Sequence record: SRR31156797_3020
Reading direction: 5' to 3' (one strand)
DNA: 35,713 bases
Below, piece by piece: positions 17,720 through 26,933 of the stretch. The notes under the pieces are model-generated. The model was not told the DNA's origin, searched no databases, and worked only from the letters and a program-made list of their open reading frames with translations. The stretch's first letter is position 1; each line of letters opens with the position of its first letter. The position numbers were made by a program, and so were the translations under genes.

Positions 17720-17842
17720 TTACGGACTATCAATCTTTTTATCTTTGATTTTTGCCTTTGGTGTGAACTTCATATGATTAAGGAACACCTTTGTCCACCA
17801 AGACATAATAAGTAATAGACCAATAGCAAAAATGATATCCAT
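17720..17842 (-). CDS. Unannotated 40-aa single-TM protein MDIIFAIGLLLIMSWWTKVFLNHMKFTPKAKIKDKKIDSP
   Basis: AGGAGA SD 5 nt before ATG; hydrophobic N-terminus and Lys-rich tail; co-oriented between srlD and gutM. Confidence 0.7.
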   Translation of the reverse strand: MDIIFAIGLLLIMSWWTKVFLNHMKFTPKAKIKDKKIDSP

Positions 17843-17860
17843 AACATTCTCCTGACTACG

Positions 17861-17888
17861 AAAAATTAAGGGGCTTTGAAGCCCCTGT
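17861..17888 (-). terminator. Terminator-like hairpin after srlD
   Basis: Minus strand reads AGGGGCTT-CA-AAGCCCCT followed by TAATTTTT. Confidence 0.7.
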
Positions 17889-17916
17889 ATACTTATGCTG
17901 TTTGCTTAATTAGCCA

Positions 17917-18693
17917 TTAAAACATCACCTGACCACCTGTAATGTTGATCGACTGACCTGTACAGTATTTAGCACCGTCACTGATATAGAATTTGAGAAC
18001 ATTTAAAACGTCGTCATAGCCACAACCAGCTTTTAGTGGAACTTTGTCAATGTAATGCTGCATGACTTCATGCTCTTCAAGACCTAATTTTTTAGCATAT
18101 TGTGGGATTAAGCTTTGGAACATTGGGGATTCCAGAAGGTTTCCTAACATCAAGCTATTTACGGTAATTTTGTCATCGGCCAAGTCAAGTGCGATAGACT
18201 GAGTTAAGCCCACCCCGCCAAATTTTGCTGAACTATAACCTGCATTGTGTTTGCTACCCACTTTACCTGATTTGCTGTTAATCTGAATAATGCGTCCGCC
18301 ATTACCTTGTTGAACCATATAACGAGCAGCTTCTCGAGCACACAAGAAGTAGCCATTTAAGTTTACATTCACGTTAAAATTAAAATCTTGCAATGTGAAC
18401 TCGGTAATCTTCGTTGCTTTTGCTACACCTGCGCTATAAACCAAAACATCAATACTACCGAGCTGTTCTTCGATGGTTCTAAATGCATCGACCACACTCT
18501 GCTCATCGGTGGCATCAATACTGACGCCAACCGCGATATCTTGCCCTTTTAATGTACAGATCTCATCAGCTACTTTTGTTGCATTTTGCCCGTTTAGGTC
18601 AGCAACCCCCACTTTGTATCCTGCTTCTGCAAGTCCTTTACAAAGATACTCCCCAAGTGTTTGACCACCACCGACAACGACTGCTGTTTTCAT
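17917..18693 (-). CDS. srlD: Sorbitol-6-phosphate 2-dehydrogenase (SDR)
   Basis: AVVVGGGQTLG, QINSKSGKVGSKHNAGYSSAKFGG, MLGNLL.SPMFQSL, YCTGQSINITGGQVM; ATG at 18693 after AGGAGA. Confidence 0.96.
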   Translation of the reverse strand: MKTAVVVGGGQTLGEYLCKGLAEAGYKVGVADLNGQNATKVADEICTLKGQDIAVGVSIDATDEQSVVDAFRTIEEQLGSIDVLVYSAGVAKATKITEFTLQDFNFNVNVNLNGYFLCAREAARYMVQQGNGGRIIQINSKSGKVGSKHNAGYSSAKFGGVGLTQSIALDLADDKITVNSLMLGNLLESPMFQSLIPQYAKKLGLEEHEVMQHYIDKVPLKAGCGYDDVLNVLKFYISDGAKYCTGQSINITGGQVMF

Positions 18694-18739
18694 AACGAAT
18701 CTCCTAAAATGTGGAGGTGCTATGCACACCTCCAAAAAA

Positions 18740-19096
18740 TCAAATAAAGCTAATAGTTGAACCAACACTCAATGAACGAGGTTGAGTACCGGCTAAATGA
18801 AGGCTACCTACGAAGTCAGCTTCGCTTGATGAATCAAATCGCAATGTAATATGTCCCAAATTACCTAAATTTTGATTAACACCATCACCGACAGCGGTTA
18901 TTGGGTAAGTATTGCCATCAATAACCACCTCACCTCCAACAGAAATTTCACCTTTCAATTGATCATGAGTGTGCACAAAACAGTACTCCGCGGCATCAAC
19001 TGGCACTGACTGGTTAAATAAAATCAACATGTCGTCTTCAAGTGCTTCTAACGCACACTCACCAACTTTAAGGACTTCAACACTATACAAACTCAT
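18740..19096 (-). CDS. srlB: PTS glucitol/sorbitol EIIA, first copy
   Basis: MLILFN, YCFVH, NLGNLGHITLRFD; start MSLYSVEV at 19096. Confidence 0.92.
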   Translation of the reverse strand: MSLYSVEVLKVGECALEALEDDMLILFNQSVPVDAAEYCFVHTHDQLKGEISVGGEVVIDGNTYPITAVGDGVNQNLGNLGHITLRFDSSSEADFVGSLHLAGTQPRSLSVGSTISFI

Positions 19097-19106
19097 CTTC
19101 TTGTCC

Positions 19107-20117
19107 TTAGTTGTAAATGAACATTGATGCAAACCATGCCAACAACACTGTTGGTGCACCTGTTAAGAAACGTCCATAAAGGACAGATGGAACGCCCACA
19201 CGCACCGTTTCTGGTTTCGCTTCAGCAAGGCCTAGACCTACCGGGATAAAGTCACAAGCAGCTTGAGCATTGATAGCAAATAGAGCAGGTAGAGCTAGTT
19301 GTGGTGGAATGTTACCTAAACCGATCTGAGTACCGATCAACACACCGATGACTTGAGCAATAACAGCGCCAGGACCCAAGAATGGAGACAAGAACGGGAA
19401 TGAACAAATCAGTGCCAATATGATTAAACCAACAGGATTAGTTGCAAGAGGAACTAGCACGTGAGCTATTGTGTCCCCAATACCACTTGCCAATATCACG
19501 CCAATGAGCATCGAAACGAATGCCATGAATGGAATGATGGTGGACATAACGGTATCAATCGTGTCACGACCTGCTTGGAAAAACACTGCCATAACATTAC
19601 CCATAGCCATACCGATGCGAGCTAAAAGTCCATCAGATTGTTCGGTAAGTTTTTTAGTGGTATCAATGCCCCCGGTCATCACGGCTGCACCGTTCGAATC
19701 GATAGAAATCTCGTTAGCTGCAATCGCTGAAGTTGGAGTTACAGCTTCAGAGGCGTCAACCACACTCACGCAATCAGCACTTACGCTAGAAACATAGTTA
19801 CTTTCATCTATGTATTTCGCCATTACGCCAGATTTTCCGGTAGGCATCACATTGAGAGTAGGAACATTGTTTTTAGGGTACAGACCACAGCGCATTGAAC
19901 CACCGCAGTCAATTACGGCTACCGCCATGTCCTCATAGTCACAACCGTCGGCGAATCCATCAACCGCTTCTAGGCCAGTCAACTCAACTAAACGGTCCAC
20001 GAGTGCTGGTCTAGTACCGCCTACCATGTACATAATTTTTTTATTTTTGGGGAAATCAACGATCAGCTCTTTACCCCAACCGCCTTTACCTGCTTTGATT
20101 TTTAATGTTGTAGTCAT
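19107..20117 (-). CDS. srlE: PTS glucitol/sorbitol EIIBC, first copy
   Basis: [55 protein letters not shown]; start MTTTLKI at 20117. Confidence 0.94.
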   Translation of the reverse strand: MTTTLKIKAGKGGWGKELIVDFPKNKKIMYMVGGTRPALVDRLVELTGLEAVDGFADGCDYEDMAVAVIDCGGSMRCGLYPKNNVPTLNVMPTGKSGVMAKYIDESNYVSSVSADCVSVVDASEAVTPTSAIAANEISIDSNGAAVMTGGIDTTKKLTEQSDGLLARIGMAMGNVMAVFFQAGRDTIDTVMSTIIPFMAFVSMLIGVILASGIGDTIAHVLVPLATNPVGLIILALICSFPFLSPFLGPGAVIAQVIGVLIGTQIGLGNIPPQLALPALFAINAQAACDFIPVGLGLAEAKPETVRVGVPSVLYGRFLTGAPTVLLAWFASMFIYN

Positions 20118-20130
20118 GTTCTCTTCCTCA

Positions 20131-20679
20131 TTAACCGAAATGAACTTCACGGTCCAATTGAATGCCTTGCTGCTTTTCGACCATCATGGTGGTGAAGTCA
20201 GTTACCCAACCTCTGAAGAAGTTCGAAATCATACCTACAAATAAATACGCGACAGCAAGTGGTGCTAGAGGTAAACCTAACGTCGTGATACCACTTGCAA
20301 TACCTAGGTAAACAAATAGCTCACCTGGGTTTACGTGTGGAAATAAGCCATTCATTGAATGACACGAGTACGAACCTGCTGCGTAGTAGCTTGGTTTGTA
20401 ACGTTCTGGCAAAAATTTACCCAATGAGAGAGTCATCGGGTTACAAAAAATGAATGTGCCGACAACGGGAAGAATCAAGTAGCGAGAGACTGGATTGCTT
20501 GCACATCTGCTCGCCAGTCTTTCAACTCGGTGTTCTCCAATAAATGCAATCAATGCATTCATTGCACAGAGTAAGGAAATGAGTAATGGAAGAATGCCTG
20601 TCATCATACCCAGCAAAGTTTCTCCGCCTTTTTGGAATAGTCCGATAAACCATTCTGCTCCTAAAATTATGGTATCCAT
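20131..20679 (-). CDS. srlA: PTS glucitol/sorbitol EIIC2, first copy
   Basis: [47 protein letters not shown]. Confidence 0.95.
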   Translation of the reverse strand: MDTIILGAEWFIGLFQKGGETLLGMMTGILPLLISLLCAMNALIAFIGEHRVERLASRCASNPVSRYLILPVVGTFIFCNPMTLSLGKFLPERYKPSYYAAGSYSCHSMNGLFPHVNPGELFVYLGIASGITTLGLPLAPLAVAYLFVGMISNFFRGWVTDFTTMMVEKQQGIQLDREVHFG

Positions 20680-20735
20680 GTTGTTTCACCTTTTTGTTAT
20701 TTGGTGGGTGCATTATGCACATTGATTTTCACAAT

Positions 20736-20757
20736 GAAAGCGATCTAATTCACATTA
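20736..20757. promoter_or_regulatory. CRP-like site upstream of srlA
   Basis: Minus strand AATGTGA-ATTAGA-TCGCT; enterobacterial srl operons are CRP-dependent. Confidence 0.6.
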
Positions 20758-20975
20758 TGAAAACCAAGCGAAAGCTTGGTGAAAATAATGAAATGTAAAA
20801 ATGAAAGGTATTTTATTTTAAGTGTATATAAATCAATATGTTATGTTGGTGTGTTTTTTGTTTTTAAATTTAAATAAAAATTTTGGTGATTGAATTGGTT
20901 GATTAAACAAGTTACATTGTCAAAATGAAAATAGAGGTCGGCAAGTTAAATATTATGAAAGATGAACGCTGCGAA

Positions 20976-21956
20976 ATGAAAGTTTCTCATATAACAGAAA
21001 TGGTTTGCTCTACAGCACTCAGAATAATGAAAGCGGAGCTGGCACAAGCAAGTAAGCTTGTTGATGTGATTGATAGTAACTTTACTGATGTCTGCCGAGC
21101 TATATGTGAATGTAAAGGCAAAATAATTGTTTCTGGGATCGGAAAGTCAGGGCATATAGGTAAAAAAATTGCTGCCACATTTGCATCAACTGGAACTCCA
21201 TCATTTTTTGTTCATTTAGCTGAAGCCTTACATGGCGATTTAGGGATGATTGAATCTGAAGATATGATTATTTTTATTTCGAATTCAGGCGAAGCACCAG
21301 AATTCAAAATAATGGCTCCCTTACTAGCAAAAAAAGCGGTAACAACCATAGCTATAACTCAAAATCTTGATAGCTTTCTTGCCAAGCAGTGTGCATACCG
21401 TTTATCGACTGCGGTTGATAAAGAAGCCTGTCCATTAGGGTTAGCACCAAGTGCAAGCACCGTTAACACTCTGATCTTAGGGGATACACTGGCTCTTACA
21501 ATCATGACAATGAAGGGGTTTAGTAAGCATGATTTTGCCCTATCTCATCCTGCTGGAGCCTTAGGTAATAAATTATTACTCACGTTAGATCAATTAATTA
21601 GCGATAAACATCAACAAGCATTTTGTAATGCCGATACAAGAATAGCGGATGCGGTAGATCTAATGTGCAACACAGGGTTTGGATTGATCGCGATATTGTC
21701 GGACAGCAAAGTTTCCGGTGTTTTTACTGATGGTGATTTACGCAGAGCTATTCATCGTTGCGATGATCTGATGTTACCCATTGGTGAGGTGATGACGTCG
21801 AGTTTCAAGTGCACATATTCAGACCAACTATGCAGTAGCACGTTGAAATATATGAATGAAAATTCAATAACAGCTTTACCTGTCATTCGACGAGAAAGTG
21901 ACATCTTCTTAGGTGTCATCAATGTAAGTACCATCCACCAAGCAGGAATTTTGTAG
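20976..21956 (+). CDS. gutQ: KpsF/GutQ family arabinose-5-phosphate isomerase (SIS + 2 CBS); start uncertain (20925-21000)
   Basis: GIGKSGHIGKKIAATFASTGTP, EALHGDLGMI, EACPLGLAP, SHPAGALG, GVFTDGDLRR. Confidence 0.9.
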   Translation: MKVSHITEMVCSTALRIMKAELAQASKLVDVIDSNFTDVCRAICECKGKIIVSGIGKSGHIGKKIAATFASTGTPSFFVHLAEALHGDLGMIESEDMIIFISNSGEAPEFKIMAPLLAKKAVTTIAITQNLDSFLAKQCAYRLSTAVDKEACPLGLAPSASTVNTLILGDTLALTIMTMKGFSKHDFALSHPAGALGNKLLLTLDQLISDKHQQAFCNADTRIADAVDLMCNTGFGLIAILSDSKVSGVFTDGDLRRAIHRCDDLMLPIGEVMTSSFKCTYSDQLCSSTLKYMNENSITALPVIRRESDIFLGVINVSTIHQAGIL

Positions 21957-22054
21957 AAATTAAAACTCCAAATACGCGCTAATACAGGTATTCCCCCAAA
22001 GCTCCTAATTACCTGTATTAGCCTTTTTATAAAATGCGATAAGAGAGGCTCATT

Positions 22055-22717
22055 ATGTCCGTTTACCTTGATACTAGTGATATTGAACAAATTAAAACGT
22101 TATCAGATTTATTACCTATTGCAGGTGTCACGACTAATCCAACAATCGTGGCGAAGTCAGGGGTGAAAATGGTCAATTTGTTGCCTCAGATTCGAGAGGC
22201 TTTAGCTAGTGATGGGCTGATTTTTGGGCAGGTAATTAGCACTAACGCAGATGAAATTGTGGATGAGGCATTAAAGCTCAATCAGATGGTTGACAATTTC
22301 ATAGTGAAAATTCCGGTTAACATGCAGGGAATAAGAGCTATTAAAATGTTAAAAAGTGAAGGTGTTGCTACCTTAGGTACAGCTATATACACTTCGCAAC
22401 AAGCCATTTTGGCTGCGCTAGCTGGTGCTTCTTTTGTTGCTCCTTACTTCAACCGAATCGATACACTCACGGGCAATGCTATTGAAACTATTGAATCTAT
22501 ATCGCATCTTCTTTCTTATCATGCTAAGACATGCAGAATCATCGGAGCTAGTTTCAAAAACACGAAACAAGTCATAGAGTGTTTAAGTGTCAGCCAATCT
22601 AGCGTGACCATACCTGTTGAGCTTGCGTATCAAATGATGGAGAACCCATGTGTAAACGATGCAATTAATAAATTCCATCAAGATTGGGTGGATTGCTATG
22701 GCTCTTTATCGCACTAG
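22055..22717 (+). CDS. fsa: Fructose-6-phosphate aldolase (transaldolase family, FSA type)
   Basis: YLDTSD, GVTTNPT, FGQV (Gln), VKIPV (Schiff-base Lys), TLGTAIY, APYFNR (Tyr), ASFK; these are FSA-type rather than transaldolase residues. Confidence 0.88.
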   Translation: MSVYLDTSDIEQIKTLSDLLPIAGVTTNPTIVAKSGVKMVNLLPQIREALASDGLIFGQVISTNADEIVDEALKLNQMVDNFIVKIPVNMQGIRAIKMLKSEGVATLGTAIYTSQQAILAALAGASFVAPYFNRIDTLTGNAIETIESISHLLSYHAKTCRIIGASFKNTKQVIECLSVSQSSVTIPVELAYQMMENPCVNDAINKFHQDWVDCYGSLSH

Positions 22718-22737
22718 GTAAAATAGGTATCTAAAAA

Positions 22738-22775
22738 ATGAAGTAGAGGTTTAAAACCTCTTACTTCATCTTATT
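22738..22775 (+). terminator. Hairpin/terminator after fsa
   Basis: ATGAAGTAGAGGTTT-AA-AACCTCtTACTTCAT. Confidence 0.6.
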
Positions 22776-23087
22776 GATAAATTAACTTTAAAAGTCATAT
22801 GAAGTGTTAGTCTTTCAACTTTATCTGTACCATCAATACGGGATGTCAGATAAGCGGTTTTCCCATACTGGTAGTTATTTGTGAAATGCTAATTTAGCAA
22901 AGTCACTGACTCAGTATTGTCCAAACGTGTTTGAGAGCAAATAAAAGTCTTGTGATCACATCGCAATGTTGTACCTCTTTACTGATAGCCATAGCGACTC
23001 TAGCAGTTTGCAGTGGAATTATTACCATTCTTTGCTAATTTCAAGGTAGGTATGGTCGTTCAACGTCTTGCATGGATTTATATAACA

Positions 23088-24734
23088 ATGAAACGGATTG
23101 ATACACAAGCAAACGGCTTTGAGACAGTGTTTCGCTACTCGAAGGATGGTCTAGCCATTTTCAAAGATGGTGTGTTTGTAGATTGTAATCAATCAATGCT
23201 CGATTTGGTGGGACTTGAGAAAAGAGAGCAGTTTATTGGTAGTACGCCCTTTGATTTCTCACCTGAGTATCAATTTGATGGCAAGAGCTCAGTTGATAAA
23301 GGCATGGAATACATTAACCGTTGCTATGAAGAAGGCAGTGTACGCTTTGAATGGATTCATAAGAAATTCAACGGAAAACCTTTCTGGTCTGAAGTAATTA
23401 TCACTCGGATGGAGCTGGAAGGCGAAATAGTCGTTCATGCTAACTGGCGGGATATCAGTGAGAAAAAAGCTTTAGAACTTAAAGTTGCCGAACAAAAAGA
23501 GGTTTTTGAAACCTTATTTAACGAATCAATGGATGGCTTGTGTATTTTTGATGGACAAAAATATACAGATTGCAACAAAGCCTTTCTGACCATGTTTGGT
23601 TTTGAGCATAAAGAGCAAGTGATAGGCTTGCATCCCAATGATATTTCTCCAGAGTTCCAAGCAGACGGAACTCCCTCCCAAGATGCTGCGAAAGCGTTGA
23701 TTATGGACTCCTTAGACCGCGGTAGTGTACGGTTTGAGTGGATCCATAAGAAAACCGACGGCAGTGAATTTTGGACAGAGGTGATCATCACCAGAGTTAC
23801 TCTTAATGGGTTAGATTCGATTTATGCAGTGATTCGGGATATATCTGAAAAGAAAGACTTAGAACTGCAACTTTATGAACGTAATGCTGAACTTGATGAG
23901 TCAAATACTAACCTCGAGGACATGGTTGAAAACCTTAAGCAAACCCAAGACAAATTAGTTGAGTCTGAAAAAATGGCCAGTCTGGGGTCATTAGTTGCAG
24001 GTGTCGCTCATGAAATTAATACACCTGTTGGGGTTGGGTTAATGGGAATTAGTCAACTCATTGATGAAGCTAAAGCGATACGCCAACACTATGATAAAGG
24101 TCAGCTTGATGAGACTACTTTTGAAGAATACTTGAATAGTGTTAGCGAATTATCTGAAATGGTGAATAAAAACTTAGGTCGAACCGCGCATTTGATTCGT
24201 GGTTTTAAACAGATTGCTGTTGATCAAACCAGCGAAGAAGACCGGACGATCAATCTTAAAGAATATATAGAAGAGGTTATATTCAGTCTCAGCTCGGTAA
24301 CGCGAAAAGTTAATGCAACAGTCTCTGTTGATTGTGATGAGAGTATTAATGTTGTTGTGAATCCTGGTTTAATTTCTCAAGTTCTTACCAATTTGATTGT
24401 TAACTCAGTCAATCATGGGTTTAGTGATGAGAGTGACAGCCATATCAGCATTAGAATCAGTGACCATGGTAAATGCCAATTTTTACTCACTTACAAAGAT
24501 AATGGTAAAGGTATTAGCAAAGAGAATTTGCCAAGGATCTTTGACCCATTTTTTACCACTAATCGATCTAATGGCGGTACCGGGCTAGGTCTTAACGTAA
24601 CTTATAATATTGTCAAAAATGCTCTAAATGGTTCAATTGAATGTTATAGTGAAGAGCAAAAGGGTGTTGAATTTAAGATAATTTTCACAGTACAAAAGCG
24701 AATGTATTCACTTGGTTTTTGTTCCGGTTCTTAA
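23088..24734 (+). CDS. Cytoplasmic sensor histidine kinase with two tandem PAS domains; start uncertain
   Basis: Two repeats ending RDISEKK.LEL; EKMASLGSLVAGVAHEINTP H-box; NLIVNS, DNGKGI, FDPFFTT, GGTGLGL. Confidence 0.93.
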   Translation: MKRIDTQANGFETVFRYSKDGLAIFKDGVFVDCNQSMLDLVGLEKREQFIGSTPFDFSPEYQFDGKSSVDKGMEYINRCYEEGSVRFEWIHKKFNGKPFWSEVIITRMELEGEIVVHANWRDISEKKALELKVAEQKEVFETLFNESMDGLCIFDGQKYTDCNKAFLTMFGFEHKEQVIGLHPNDISPEFQADGTPSQDAAKALIMDSLDRGSVRFEWIHKKTDGSEFWTEVIITRVTLNGLDSIYAVIRDISEKKDLELQLYERNAELDESNTNLEDMVENLKQTQDKLVESEKMASLGSLVAGVAHEINTPVGVGLMGISQLIDEAKAIRQHYDKGQLDETTFEEYLNSVSELSEMVNKNLGRTAHLIRGFKQIAVDQTSEEDRTINLKEYIEEVIFSLSSVTRKVNATVSVDCDESINVVVNPGLISQVLTNLIVNSVNHGFSDESDSHISIRISDHGKCQFLLTYKDNGKGISKENLPRIFDPFFTTNRSNGGTGLGLNVTYNIVKNALNGSIECYSEEQKGVEFKIIFTVQKRMYSLGFCSGS

Positions 24735-24738
24735 ATAA

Positions 24739-26295
24739 TCAATCAGGGTAAATTGCTCTTAATGTCATGATGTTATTAAAATTCTTTATTGCGATATCAC
24801 AGATTTCGGGATCGAAATGTCGTCCGCGCTCCTCTTCGAGTAGTGCAAGAATTTTATCATTAGGCCAAGGTTCCTTGTAGGAACGTCTGGCTGCTAGTGC
24901 ATCAATGACATCAGCAATCGCCATAATTCGTCCTTCGATAGGAATCTCTTCGCCTTTTAGTCCCGATGGATAACCAGAACCATCCCACTTTTCATGATGA
25001 TAGAGCGCGATACGAGCACCGATTTGAGGAAGGGCTCGTTTGGAATTACACAACAAGTCAAAACCAACCTGCGCGTGTGTTTTCATCACTTCCCACTCTT
25101 CAGCATCTAATTTCCCGGGCTTGTGTAAAATACGTTCTGGTACGGCAATCTTGCCAATATCGTGCATTGGCGTCGCGTGTTTAATCAGTTGAACAAAATT
25201 TTCATCCAAACCTAAGCGCTGAGCGATAAACTCACAAATTAAAGAAACGCGACGTACATGTGCCCCGGTTTCTTTACTACGCATCTCAATGGCTTCACCT
25301 AAGATATACATTAGCTCTTGCTGAGTTCGCTCTATATCTTCAAGTCGAGTCAGGTTTTCAAAGATGATGGAAACCTTCGTCAGCATAACATTTAATAGGC
25401 GTAAGGTTAGCGCGGAAACGGGATGATCAAATGTTGTGATAGTCACACAGCAGCACGTTTCGGAAAGCTGAGTGTAGCCACAAAAAAGCTTGTCGTGCTC
25501 AACACTTTCTCTGTCAGTTAAAGCTTGAGTGACTTTATCGTGAATATCTTCCGGAAAGAAATCATCATCAGGGGTGGTATTGATGTGGTAGTCGTCACCA
25601 TCATAAAATAATTGGATTTGTTCATTATTGCCGATTGCATTAACTAGCTGATAGTGGAGGTAGAACCCTCCTGTATCTTGTCCAATTAAGTCTCCAATTT
25701 CCTGGAATACCTGAATACTAAATTGTTCACTGTTGGAAGCCTGAAGGACTCGTGTCGTTGCGCTTACTACTTCTTCAAGCCCTTTTTGACCATTTTTTAC
25801 TTCGAGTATGTCACGGTATGAACGAATTGCTGCGTAGATGGTTGTTTTAAGTCGCGTAGAATTCAGCTCTGTCTTATTTTTGTAGTCATTGATGTCGTAA
25901 TCGCGTATCACATCCTCTTCAGGGGCTTCTCCTGGCTGTCCTGTTCGAATTACCAAGCGGGTCGTAGTGTTTTTGTTACTTTCACGAATCCATTTTATCA
26001 AATCAAGACCAGCATGATCGTTCTCCATCACCACATCTACGATAGCGATAGCAATGTCAGGGTGTCTTTTAAACAAGATTTTGGCTTCTTTAGCCGAGTG
26101 CGCTTTTAAGAACTCAAGTGGACGGTCATCCACCAATACACGCCTCAGAACCATTTCTGAAATAGAAATAACATCATCTTCATCATCAATCAGCGCAACT
26201 TTCCATGGGATAAGTGGTTCTTCAATTTTAGCCTCTGTAACTTTAGGGACTGTTACTAGGGGCTCTGATTTTTTAGAAAACAACGAGTTTGGCAT
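24739..26295 (-). CDS. Response regulator with REC, DUF3369-like and HD-GYP domains (c-di-GMP phosphodiesterase)
   Basis: ALIDDEDD, VDVVME, IRTGQPGEAPE; ETGAHVRRV, MHDIGK, HHEKWDGSGYP, ADVIDAL. Confidence 0.93.
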   Translation of the reverse strand: MPNSLFSKKSEPLVTVPKVTEAKIEEPLIPWKVALIDDEDDVISISEMVLRRVLVDDRPLEFLKAHSAKEAKILFKRHPDIAIAIVDVVMENDHAGLDLIKWIRESNKNTTTRLVIRTGQPGEAPEEDVIRDYDINDYKNKTELNSTRLKTTIYAAIRSYRDILEVKNGQKGLEEVVSATTRVLQASNSEQFSIQVFQEIGDLIGQDTGGFYLHYQLVNAIGNNEQIQLFYDGDDYHINTTPDDDFFPEDIHDKVTQALTDRESVEHDKLFCGYTQLSETCCCVTITTFDHPVSALTLRLLNVMLTKVSIIFENLTRLEDIERTQQELMYILGEAIEMRSKETGAHVRRVSLICEFIAQRLGLDENFVQLIKHATPMHDIGKIAVPERILHKPGKLDAEEWEVMKTHAQVGFDLLCNSKRALPQIGARIALYHHEKWDGSGYPSGLKGEEIPIEGRIMAIADVIDALAARRSYKEPWPNDKILALLEEERGRHFDPEICDIAIKNFNNIMTLRAIYPD

Positions 26296-26574
26296 GAATG
26301 GTTACCTAAGCTTCGATGACAACAGTTTTAAGCTAATTAAACTATAGGTTACGTACTGCCGGATGCCACTTTAAGCAATGAAATAAGCTGTTTTGTATAA
26401 TTAATCACTTTGAGGGGAAGGTACAAGTTTGGAAAAGGGGCGTTCAACTTTCCACTAATTGGCAATACTAATGTAATTCATTTATAGCTAAATTAAGTGG
26501 AAACTCTAACTTGATTTGTCCAGAGGTGTGCTGGCTGGTGCATTTAACACGCCTTTGCCCCGAAATGTACTAGC

Positions 26575-26895
26575 CTAAGATTTAGGACACATTTTTTTTG
26601 TCATAAATGACCTACTTTGTTTCGTTGCCAATAGGTCGAGTAGCATCATGGATTGTTCGAGAATGGTGCCGGTAGAGTCTAATTGTGAGTTGAGACAAGT
26701 CCGCGGAAGACAATTTACATGCTTTGAAAAATCGATATCGAAGTCGTCAACCGATTTGATGTCTTGAAGCGCTCCCAATAAGAATACCGCGTATTCCGTT
26801 GTGCTGGGTATTGGGGTAGAGTACCCAAAGTGAAGCCGCATTATTGCTGAACTTGAATTTAATTTAATTGAGTGTGAAGGGATAGGAAATCCCAT
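26575..26895 (-). CDS. Possible hypothetical protein (106 aa) or spurious ORF
   Basis: Fills an otherwise roughly 630-bp intergenic gap; no motif and no clear SD. Confidence 0.25.
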   Translation of the reverse strand: MGFPIPSHSIKLNSSSAIMRLHFGYSTPIPSTTEYAVFLLGALQDIKSVDDFDIDFSKHVNCLPRTCLNSQLDSTGTILEQSMMLLDLLATKQSRSFMTKKMCPKS

Positions 26896-26933
26896 ACCAC
26901 GATGTCTGAGTAACGCTTTGGGATGATGAGTTA

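Noticed and set aside
14755-19797. Similar antisense ORFs on the + strand (14755, 14986, 19471) that look like a repeated gene
   Set aside because: They are shadows of the duplicated srlE genes.
22951-22966. TGTGATCACATCGCA as a CRP site for the kinase gene
   Set aside because: Half-site spacing is 5 rather than 6 bp.
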